Assembly: GCA_017460835.1 (NCBI GenBank)
Contig: JAFUAD010000039.1
Location: 3,655 to 67,654, forward strand
Direction of reading: 5' to 3'
Origin: Oscillospiraceae bacterium
GTDB taxonomy: Bacteria > Bacillota > Clostridia > Oscillospirales > Ruminococcaceae
DNA: 64,000 bases
Each line of letters opens with the position of its first letter. Within the stretch, counting starts at the first letter, position 1. Under the pieces are notes generated by a model. It searched no databases. It was not told the DNA's origin and saw nothing but the letters and a program-made list of their open reading frames with translations. The translations under genes were made by a program, and so were the position numbers. Shown one piece after another: positions 57,365 through 64,000 of the stretch.

Positions 57365-57428
57365 ACATATAACCCAATGCGGTTCTATAAAAACCACAAT
57401 ACGGTACTAACTTGAAGGAGGAAGAACT

Positions 57429-58169
57429 ATGGAAAACAAAAATCTATCTGATGATAGCATCGATCTCAGTGGCTTCAGTACAGTTCACCTTGACTGCGCT
57501 AATAGTGTGTTGCAAGAGAGGCGGCTTGTTTTGGAGCTGACGCAGAAGCAAATTGCTGAAAGAGCTGGAATCCCGTTATCTACATACAAAAAATTTGAGT
57601 CCGGTGAGCGAAATATCCGCACAGCAGCATTTGAAGTGACTTGCCGTGTGCTGAATGCTTTGGAACTTGATATTGAAGGCTTCTACCACGGAATCTATGC
57701 TATCGGCGAGGAGGTATATATTGACGAGGAGGGGCAGAAGTATGTCCGCACAGGTAGACTGACCTCCGAGGAGATTGATGATGACGAGGCAATCAATGTC
57801 GTGCGTGTACATATAGTTGATCGTTCTCTTATCATTCCGCTGAAGCTGCTCCGAATCATCAATAACCCGGATAAGATTCATCTGATGTATCACAAGGACG
57901 ACAGGCGTTTTGGTATCCGTGTGTTAAAGGAGTCCACTGACGGCGCTATCTATATCCCGCAGGAAGTTTACAGCGGAAAATGGCGCGGCATTCGTATTGA
58001 GAACGATGTGTTCATTGACCTTATCTATTCTATTATACAGAGAGACACAGGGAGATACTTTGTAGAGCCGCACTTTAATGAATACGGATTTATCGTGCAT
58101 TTAGATGAAACCGTGAAATCTGACTATAAGACGAAGCCAGATAAGTATTATCTGCTTAATCTGGAGTAA
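57429..58169 (+). CDS. XRE-family HTH protein with an unknown C-terminal domain, 246 aa
   Basis: LELTQKQIAERAGIPLSTYKKFESGERNIR is a Cro/C1-type HTH. GGAGG RBS is present. Divergent from the defence operon. Confidence 0.8.
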   Translation: MENKNLSDDSIDLSGFSTVHLDCANSVLQERRLVLELTQKQIAERAGIPLSTYKKFESGERNIRTAAFEVTCRVLNALELDIEGFYHGIYAIGEEVYIDEEGQKYVRTGRLTSEEIDDDEAINVVRVHIVDRSLIIPLKLLRIINNPDKIHLMYHKDDRRFGIRVLKESTDGAIYIPQEVYSGKWRGIRIENDVFIDLIYSIIQRDTGRYFVEPHFNEYGFIVHLDETVKSDYKTKPDKYYLLNLE

Positions 58170-58185
58170 CAGGAAGAAACAGAAT

Positions 58186-58467
58186 ATGAGAAGCGATAAG
58201 AAAGCGTATGTCAGCCCACATAATCCTGATGTTATGGTGCTTCCGGCTGATCCGAAAGCAGTTCAGGAAGCGCATGAACAGGATGCAAGCCGAATGTCAG
58301 TGAAAAGCGAACTGCTCGACCTATACCGCAAATTGAGCGCAGCACGCATTAAACTCGAAGAGGACGACCGCATTATCGATCTTATTTTGCAGCAGCGGAA
58401 CCAGATCGCAGCCGAGATTGCAGATATGGAACAGCGTGTTCAGGAGCTGGAGGAAAGGAAGATATAA
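58186..58467 (+). CDS. Small coiled-coil hypothetical protein, 93 aa
   Basis: ORF between the XRE and WYL genes with short gaps (16 and 4 nt). The C-terminal half is heptad-like. Confidence 0.5.
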   Translation: MRSDKKAYVSPHNPDVMVLPADPKAVQEAHEQDASRMSVKSELLDLYRKLSAARIKLEEDDRIIDLILQQRNQIAAEIADMEQRVQELEERKI

Positions 58468-58471
58468 CACA

Positions 58472-59482
58472 ATGCCTGAAAACACAACACTCACAATCAA
58501 AGGCCGCCTGCTCTTTTTGGAGCATTACTTGCAGACCTATACGGACGATCAGCATTCTGTCTCGACTGATGAGCTTATCGAAATCTACACAGCTAACGGT
58601 TTCAAGGCGAACCGCAACACGATCCGTGATGATATGGCGATCCTGTCCTCCTCCGGCGTAGATGTCATTCAGTCCTACAAGGGCAAACAGCGTGCTTACC
58701 ATATCGGCAATCGACTCTTCGATCTTGCCGAAGTAAAGACACTGGTCGATGCGGTGTGTAGTTCGCACTTTATAGCGGCCAAGAAAAGCGAGGAGCTGAT
58801 AGAGAAGCTCACACAGCTCACAAGTATCCATTACAGAGACACGCTTGCTCACAGTGCTTTTGCCGCCGGGCGCATCAAGGTCGAGACACCCAATATCTTC
58901 ATAACCATCGACAAGATCAACGATGCCATAAGCAGCGGGAAGAAGATCAGCTTTCAGTATATTGACTATAAGCCGGATAAGACCGAGGTGCTGCGGCATG
59001 ACGGCAAGAAATACATCGTTTCCCCGCAGACGTTCCTTTGGAACGATGACAGATACTATGTGCCGTCCTATTCTGAAGAGAAGGGCTGTATTATTCCGTT
59101 CCGTGTGGACAGAATGCGGAATGTGGAGATATTGGAAGCAGAGCGTTTCGTTGACAGTTCCTTCGATTCCTCCGAATACACCCGCAAGGTTCTGAAGATG
59201 TATGACGGTGATCTGCCGGAGCAGGAAGTGACGCTGATAGTCGACAACAAGCATATGCTGAGTATCATTGACCGCTTCGGCGAGGACATCGAGACTGAAG
59301 TATTGGATGACGAGCATTTCAAGGCTGTGGTCACAGTATGCCCAAGCGTCACCTTCTTTGCGTGGGTGTTCCAGTTCGCTGGAAGTATTCGGATCGCGGG
59401 GCCGGAAGATGTGAAGGAAAAGTACAAGGAACTGCTCACACAGATTCTGACGGAGCAGGAAGAGACTGCCATGAGTGAATAA
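58472..59482 (+). CDS. HTH + WYL-domain transcriptional regulator, 336 aa
   Basis: N-terminal wHTH (STDELIEIYTANGFKANRNTIRDDMAIL), WYL core (YIVSPQTFLWNDDRYYVPSYS...IPFRVDRM) and a C-terminal WCX-like segment. Start at ATG 58472. Confidence 0.8.
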   Translation: MPENTTLTIKGRLLFLEHYLQTYTDDQHSVSTDELIEIYTANGFKANRNTIRDDMAILSSSGVDVIQSYKGKQRAYHIGNRLFDLAEVKTLVDAVCSSHFIAAKKSEELIEKLTQLTSIHYRDTLAHSAFAAGRIKVETPNIFITIDKINDAISSGKKISFQYIDYKPDKTEVLRHDGKKYIVSPQTFLWNDDRYYVPSYSEEKGCIIPFRVDRMRNVEILEAERFVDSSFDSSEYTRKVLKMYDGDLPEQEVTLIVDNKHMLSIIDRFGEDIETEVLDDEHFKAVVTVCPSVTFFAWVFQFAGSIRIAGPEDVKEKYKELLTQILTEQEETAMSE

Positions 59483-59556
59483 TCCACGTTTAGTGTACAA
59501 ATTAGCCGCATTCAGCACTATAAACACAAAATTAAATATTCTGTTGATATATTTCT

Positions 59557-59613
59557 GCCTCTTGAAATCCTGTTGCACGTTTATTTGTGCAGCAGACTTC
59601 AAGAGGCATTTTT
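59557..59613 (+). terminator. Rho-independent terminator after the WYL gene
   Basis: GCCTCTTGAA...CTGTTGCAC-loop-GTGCAGCAG...TTCAAGAGGC, followed by ATTTTT. Confidence 0.75.
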
Positions 59614-59617
59614 CCTC

Positions 59618-59646
59618 TTTACAAACGTTCCAAGATGTGCTATAAT
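59618..59646 (+). promoter_or_regulatory. Sigma-A-type promoter of the LexA-like repressor gene
   Basis: TTTACA - 17 nt - TATAAT with a TGc extended -10. Predicts a roughly 165-nt leader. Confidence 0.6.
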
Positions 59647-59816
59647 AGATTTAAGGGTACAGTCTGTTACCTAAAATCAAGGAATTTCGCCGAAAACACG
59701 TTGTTGAGGTTCTCAAAACTGTCCCTGCAAGGTCGCTCTGGCGGGCGATTTTGTCTCCGGACGGTAGGAAAAAGAGACCTACAGGACTCCGCAGCATGAT
59801 GAAAGGGTGTTATAGT

Positions 59817-60443
59817 ATGGCAATGCGGCAAGCTACGAAGGACAAGTTGGAACGGATGAAGGAATTCATCGACAACTATGCCTTAGAGAATATGGGACAG
59901 CCGCCAAGCACCAGAGAGATCGGTGCCGAATTCGGCATGGCAAATGTCAGTGCCTATCGCTTTCTGCAAAAGATGGCGGAGCTTGGCATGATCGAATATG
60001 AGAACGGTGAGATCCGCACGGATGTGATCGATAGAATCACATGCAGGATGGAGATGCTGGGCACGTTAGATTCTGAAGTACCTGCCGGTACTCCGGATAT
60101 GGTCGATGATGCACACGTTGAGAGGTATTTTCCGATACCATCGGCGCTTGTCAACGACATGACCGGTAAATTCTATATGATGAAAGTCAAGGGTGAATCG
60201 ATGGTTGATGCAGGCATCGATGACGGAGATTATGTCATTTTCCGTGAGGATAATCTGCCGCATGTGAACGATATCGTTGTTGCGTTTGTTATGAATGAAG
60301 GCAATACGCTGAAACGCTTTTGCAAGGATAAGCGTGGTCCGTATCTGTGGGCTGAGAATGAAAGCTGGACAAGAAAAGAACGTTACTTCGGTCGAAAGTT
60401 CAAGGTTATGGGCATTGTTCTCAAGATTATTAAGGATGCGTAA
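59817..60443 (+). CDS. LexA/CI-like repressor with S24 autopeptidase domain, 208 aa
   Basis: N-terminal wHTH (STREIGAEFGMANVSAYRFLQKMAELGMIE). S24 Ser-Lys dyad context (VKGESMVDAGIDDGDYVIF ... GNTLKRF). Alternative start at ATG 59796. Confidence 0.8.
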   Translation: MAMRQATKDKLERMKEFIDNYALENMGQPPSTREIGAEFGMANVSAYRFLQKMAELGMIEYENGEIRTDVIDRITCRMEMLGTLDSEVPAGTPDMVDDAHVERYFPIPSALVNDMTGKFYMMKVKGESMVDAGIDDGDYVIFREDNLPHVNDIVVAFVMNEGNTLKRFCKDKRGPYLWAENESWTRKERYFGRKFKVMGIVLKIIKDA

Positions 60444-60556
60444 GAACAACATAAAGCTATATATAGATGTAAGTGCAAGACATAGAAAAGCAAAGCACAA
60501 GATATAGGGCAAGGCAAGGATGCAATAGAACTACTATCATTTTCACAGAGGGGTTG

Positions 60557-61288
60557 ATGTCAATGATTGAGGCAAACAAGACACAGGAGTATGCTATTCC
60601 GTGTCCGAAATGCGGTAAGGAACACTGTTTCATGCCGAACTATAACTACAGCGTGCTTGATTCGACTGTAAGCTGCGAGTGCGGCTATGACTTCTATGTG
60701 TTCGCATCCGGCGGTTTTCGCATTATCATGCCAAAGTGCGAAGCTGAATCAGAAAGAATCGTTCGTGCCATGCGTAAATTCGTTGTAGCAACAGGCAGAT
60801 GCCCGGATATTTCGCCTGAATTGTATGAGGACATCGCAGAGATGACAGTAAACGATACACCGGTGGAGCAGTTTGACATTGAAGACCTGATAGTTTACGC
60901 TCTTGAACAGTATCAGACTGATGCATATGGCGATTATTTCTTCACACTGGAAACGCTTGATGATATGTTTGAGTTGCTGACACGGGACAGGGACGTACTG
61001 CTTACAAGGAAGAAGAACGAAGTCGAGGTCAAGGAGCAGAGGCCAAAGAATCGTGGGAAATTCGGATTTCACGCTGATGAGAGCAATCTAACGCACTTCT
61101 GCAAGTATCGACTCAAAAGAAAGGCCAGAAAGACAGGAAGTACAAGCAAAGCTGGTGGTACGGGCGGGACTGATACAATCAAGACTGCCGAAGATATTAC
61201 CGAAACAGAAAGCACCATCCATATTACGATAGGACAAGGCCTTCTGCACACTACCCCGCCAATCAAGGCGGATAGCATACCAAGTTGA
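60557..61288 (+). CDS. Zinc-ribbon hypothetical protein, 243 aa
   Basis: CPKCGKEHC...CECG four-Cys ribbon near the N-terminus. The tail is basic and Thr/Gly-rich. AGAGGGG RBS is present. Confidence 0.55.
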   Translation: MSMIEANKTQEYAIPCPKCGKEHCFMPNYNYSVLDSTVSCECGYDFYVFASGGFRIIMPKCEAESERIVRAMRKFVVATGRCPDISPELYEDIAEMTVNDTPVEQFDIEDLIVYALEQYQTDAYGDYFFTLETLDDMFELLTRDRDVLLTRKKNEVEVKEQRPKNRGKFGFHADESNLTHFCKYRLKRKARKTGSTSKAGGTGGTDTIKTAEDITETESTIHITIGQGLLHTTPPIKADSIPS

Positions 61289-61412
61289 TGGTGTTAATGG
61301 TATTGGAGACACCGGATAAACCTTTACAATTGAATAAAAAGCCATGAATGATATGGCAGACGATATTTATCGTAAAAAACCGTGCAGCAAGTGGGTTGTA
61401 CGAAGAGTCAGT

Positions 61413-61602
61413 GGGACTGAAGTATATCGCTAAATATCAACTGCCTGTCAGAGATGGGGCTGAGTGTAACCTTATATTGATAAGGGAGCAGCTCCGGGCT
61501 ACGAGCAGCAGAATGGCTGTGTGATGAACACGGATTCTGTTTTGTTGCTGTACCCTCTGACAGGCAAGATGTTGATATAGCGTGTATTTCAGTCCCTTTT
61601 TT
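61413..61602 (+). ncRNA. Candidate structured RNA / long inverted repeat with U-tail
   Basis: The 41-42-nt imperfect arms (61413-61453 and 61555-61596) have perfect 9- and 12-nt ends (GGGACTGAA...TGCCTGTCAGAG). They enclose about 100 nt and are followed by TTTTTT. Confidence 0.4.
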
Positions 61603-61615
61603 ATCCTAATCGCAG

Positions 61616-61629
61616 AGAACAGTTGTTCT
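61616..61629. promoter_or_regulatory. GAAC-N4-GTTC palindrome (Cheo/SOS-box-like core)
   Basis: AGAACAGTTGTTCT lies about 50 nt upstream of the XRE gene start, directly abutting the 20-nt operator repeat. Confidence 0.4.
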
Positions 61630-61630
61630 T

Positions 61631-61650
61631 AGAATTATACTAAAGTATAA
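61631..61650. promoter_or_regulatory. 20-nt operator-like repeat, copy 1
   Basis: AGAATTATACTAAAGTATAA contains the palindrome TTATACT-aa-AGTATAA. An identical copy occurs at 62122-62141. Confidence 0.55.
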
Positions 61651-61679
61651 GAGATATCGGCAGAAAGGAGGGAAAGCGT

Positions 61680-62021
61680 GTGGCTGAGTTTAACGCAGAA
61701 CTTGCTGAAATAGGCGCAAGAATCGTGGAGCGCAGAGAGGAACTTGGAATGACAGCATCTACGCTGGCTATTCAGGTCGGGATCACTGCCGCATCGCTTT
61801 CCTATATCGAATCAGGGCAGAAAGCTGCAAAATCCACCACACTTGCGGCAATCGCAGATGCTCTGAAAGTCCCTCTTAACAGTCTCCAACCGAAAAAGCT
61901 GGACAAGTATTCAGATATTCCGAAAGAACTGGAAGCCCTGCTCCCGAAATTAAAGGAGAAACCTCCTGCCGAGCAGCAGATGCTCATCAGAATGTTCAGC
62001 GCCATGATAGATTCAATGTAA
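61680..62021 (+). CDS. XRE-family HTH regulator, 113 aa
   Basis: LGMTASTLAIQVGITAASLSYIESGQK is a Cro/C1 HTH. GTG start lies behind AAAGGAGGG. Confidence 0.8.
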   Translation: MAEFNAELAEIGARIVERREELGMTASTLAIQVGITAASLSYIESGQKAAKSTTLAAIADALKVPLNSLQPKKLDKYSDIPKELEALLPKLKEKPPAEQQMLIRMFSAMIDSM

Positions 62022-62121
62022 CCGTCCTTAATTGAAAGGGCGGTTATTTTTTTGCCTAAATGCGGCTACGAAGATGGCCTATAATGCCGTAATCTTATGT
62101 TATAACACATTTCTCCGAAAA

Positions 62122-62176
62122 AGAATTATACTAAAGTATAAAATTTCGCTCGAATCTTATAGTTTACTATAATTCT
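62122..62176. promoter_or_regulatory. Operator-like repeats, copy 2 (direct) and copy 3 (inverted, 2 mismatches)
   Basis: 62122-62141 is identical to 61631-61650. The reverse complement of 62161-62176 is AGAATTATAGTAAACT, which differs from the first 16 nt of the repeat at 2 positions. Confidence 0.55.
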
Positions 62177-62254
62177 TTTGCGGCGGAATCTGGTACAATA
62201 TAATCACAGTCAAGGACACGGACTCCCCTCCCAAGACTGAAAACAACACCCTTC

Positions 62255-62379
62255 GCCGGATGCATACGGCAGCGGATGTTCATACAAGCTACTACATCTT
62301 GTAGATATAGGCTCGAACTATACCCACAAGCACAAGATGTAGCTGTATGTTCTCCCTCCGTATGCATCCGGCTTTTTTT
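62255..62379 (+). ncRNA. Rod-like about 118-nt hairpin with U7 tail (leader/attenuator or small RNA)
   Basis: Perfect 15-bp outer stem GCCGGATGCATACGG / CCGTATGCATCCGGC. Inner stem CATACAAGCTACTACATCTTGT / ACAAGATGTAGCTGTATG. Followed by TTTTTTT, with the RBS and ATG 62423 about 45 nt downstream. Confidence 0.5.
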
Positions 62380-62422
62380 GTATCCACATTCATCAACCGA
62401 TTTTCAGAAAGGAAAGATTATC

Positions 62423-62845
62423 ATGAAAGACCAGAAGCGCGTTTACATCTGCAGCCCCCTCCGCCCTATCAGCACAGATCCCATCCTCCGTGCCAACGAG
62501 CTGATTGACAATCTGAAGCTCACAAAGGATGCATGCACCTTCGCAGCACTCCGCGGCTGTGAGCCGATTGCACCTCACCTCTACTACCCGCAGTTCCTCG
62601 ATGACAACGATCCGACCGAGCGTGCGCTTGGCATGGAGCTGGGACTGAAGGCTCTGCGCTCCTGCGATGAGCTGTGGATCATCTCTTCCCGCATCAGCAG
62701 CGGAATGTCTGCGGAGATCAAAGAAGCACAGAAGTGCGGCATTCCGGTGCTTGTGTTCACCGTCGCAGGATTCCGAGAGCATAAGGGAGCCGGTGATATG
62801 GCCGATAACTGCTACGCTGATACCGCCGACGGCGTGATCGACTAA
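62423..62845 (+). CDS. DUF4406 / nucleoside 2-deoxyribosyltransferase-like protein, 140 aa
   Basis: VYICSPLRP...IAPHLYYPQFLDD...CDELWIISSRISSGMSAEIKEAQKCGIPVLVF fits the DUF4406 pattern (from memory). Start at ATG 62423 rather than 62276. Confidence 0.55.
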   Translation: MKDQKRVYICSPLRPISTDPILRANELIDNLKLTKDACTFAALRGCEPIAPHLYYPQFLDDNDPTERALGMELGLKALRSCDELWIISSRISSGMSAEIKEAQKCGIPVLVFTVAGFREHKGAGDMADNCYADTADGVID

Positions 62846-62874
62846 CTACAACTGATAATTTGAAAGGAAGGTAC

Positions 62875-63636
62875 ATGATTATGAGAACCACGAGAACCAC
62901 AGGAACCACAGGAAACAAGAACAACCGCAGTGCAAGAGCGATCAAGGCGACAGCACCCAAGAAGCCGATCACACCATCCTCATTCAACGACAAGCTGACG
63001 CTCCGTGAGCTGCTGACGATGATCTCATCGACTGCCGGTGTGTCCATCCCGACCGCAAAGGGACTGAGAACTTCCGGTGATCCCATCGCTATGTATGCCG
63101 TTCCTAACTTCAGCATCTCGGTTTACCCGTCCGGCTTTGCGCTGGCTGTGTCTTATAAGAGAACCACTGTTGTGAGAGTCGATGAATGCACGGACTACAG
63201 CTACGATACGCTCCACGAGGCTCTGGCGAACTGCAAAAAGAGCGCAACGCCGTCACATATCGGCTTTGAAGTGTTCCTTGATGCCGCATGGCCGGTTAGA
63301 GTTACGATGACGGCGGAGGATCAGCTTGAGCGCAACAATAACGGCGCAGCTTGGTCGAGGATCTGCCTGCACCCGGATGTTGCCGCCGATGTGAAGGAGT
63401 ACAACAGAAGCGTCCACGGGCAGTCTATCGAGGATATGGCGTTTGCGAAAATGGAAAAGGAGGAGATGCTGGAAAGACTGACGGACAAGCAGAGAGAAGC
63501 GTATGCCCTCTACTACGATGAGGGGTACACAATGGAAGAGATCGGAGGGATGCTGGGGATTTCAAGAGATGCCGTGAAGGACAGACTGCATAGTGCTGTT
63601 CAGAAGACTCGTAAATATATAGCTGAAAATCAGTAA
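62875..63636 (+). CDS. Protein with C-terminal sigma-70 region-4 HTH, 253 aa
   Basis: LTDKQREAYALYYDEGYTMEEIGGMLGISRDAVKDRLHSAVQKTRK is a region-4 HTH. The N-terminal roughly 190 aa is not sigma-like. ATG 62875 lies behind AAAGGAAGG. Confidence 0.6.
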   Translation: MIMRTTRTTGTTGNKNNRSARAIKATAPKKPITPSSFNDKLTLRELLTMISSTAGVSIPTAKGLRTSGDPIAMYAVPNFSISVYPSGFALAVSYKRTTVVRVDECTDYSYDTLHEALANCKKSATPSHIGFEVFLDAAWPVRVTMTAEDQLERNNNGAAWSRICLHPDVAADVKEYNRSVHGQSIEDMAFAKMEKEEMLERLTDKQREAYALYYDEGYTMEEIGGMLGISRDAVKDRLHSAVQKTRKYIAENQ

Positions 63637-63879
63637 TCATGTAACTCAGCTACAAAACAGAAGAAACCAACTTCACATTTGTTAGTCAGGGCGCGCACTG
63701 GCGGACAGATGCTCATAGAGGAATACAGAGACATTCAACACAGAGATATGACCTGTGTTGCTAATGGGATAGCTGTATCCTTTTGACATCTGCTGCCAAA
63801 GTGCGCCCTTTTTGTGGGTGCGGAGCGTAGTGTCAGGGCATCTGCCGCCTGTTGTGTTCCTTGCGGAAAGGACACAATT

Positions 63880-64000
63880 ATGGAAAATATTAATGTTCAG
63901 GCTGTCAATATCCCCCACACCACAGAATTGCCGAAAATCACTGCCGAAACCACGCTTGGTGAACTGATGACATTTCTTGGAATGGAGCTGGGACAGAAGA
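63880..64000 (+). CDS. 5' end of an ORF running off the window (function unknown)
   Basis: ATG 63880 (MENINVQAVNIPHTTELPKITAETTLGELMTFLGMELGQK...) is open to the window end. Confidence 0.35.
   Translation, partial: MENINVQAVNIPHTTELPKITAETTLGELMTFLGMELGQK

Noticed and set aside
54497-59602. Strand-opposite ORFs inside the UvrD-nuclease gene (e.g. 54508-55116, 56071-56853) and the 406-aa ORF antisense to the WYL gene (58382-59602)
   Set aside because: No motifs or RBS, and each is contained entirely within a gene with a full motif complement on the other strand.
61413-61602. Retron msr/msd interpretation of the long inverted repeat
   Set aside because: No reverse-transcriptase gene is adjacent on either side, and no conserved branching-G context could be identified.
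62276-62422. N-terminal 49-codon extension of the DUF4406-like ORF (track start 62276)
   Set aside because: The extension is translated through the 15-bp/U7 hairpin and has no RBS. ATG 62423 has GAAAGGAAAG upstream and marks the start of family similarity.
63682-63918. 78-aa minus-strand ORF near the window end
   Set aside because: It has no RBS, overlaps the start of the + strand ORF at 63880 and has no similarity to anything I recognise.
1-64000. CRISPR arrays, tRNA and rRNA genes
   Set aside because: I scanned intergenic regions by eye for regularly spaced direct repeats, GGTTCGAATCC-type T-arms and rRNA-like segments and found none. A tRNAscan/Infernal run would be needed to be definitive.

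Overview
64-kb window from a Gram-positive, spore-forming anaerobe. A dockerin-bearing pectate lyase, spoVA genes and overall gene content suggest Clostridia, possibly Oscillospiraceae/Ruminococcus-like; this taxonomic call is inference. The window splits into two very different parts. (1) 1-27.5 kb is GC-rich and densely coding, with housekeeping-type genes mostly on the + strand. These are a YfhO-like membrane protein, an aldehyde dehydrogenase, an MBOAT + DHHW acylation pair, mtaB, single-chain purL, an AraC regulator with a secreted modular PL1 pectate lyase (ricin-lectin + dockerin), YegP, SAM-I riboswitch-metK, xpt, a BMP/NupNOPQ-like nucleoside ABC transporter, and spoVAE plus a 5'-truncated spoVAD. 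(2) 27.5-64 kb has lower, patchy GC and is mosaic accessory DNA that begins inside spoVAD. In order it holds a relaxase remnant; metF-metE with two LysR regulators; and an 8-gene rex-adhE-kinase-2x[2Fe-2S]ferredoxin-HydS(PAS)-PP2C-[FeFe]hydrogenase operon (an H2/redox-sensing fermentation module). Next comes a decay zone with a LysR fragment, an ISL3 fragment and a disrupted AlkZ-related gene carrying a ~150-nt five-hairpin insert. This is followed by a minus-strand defence island: UvrD-Cas4-like nuclease, DUF4238, Type III Mod/Res, small unknown ORFs, an AraC-HTH protein and a CoiA-nuclease-UvrD fusion. The window ends with a mobile-element-type regulatory module (XRE, WYL, LexA-like S24 repressor, second XRE, sigma region-4 protein) with repeated operators and two large hairpin RNAs. 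I saw no rRNA, tRNA or CRISPR array. Most long antisense ORFs in the track are GC-driven shadow ORFs. All family calls rest on motif recognition by eye, not on database searches.
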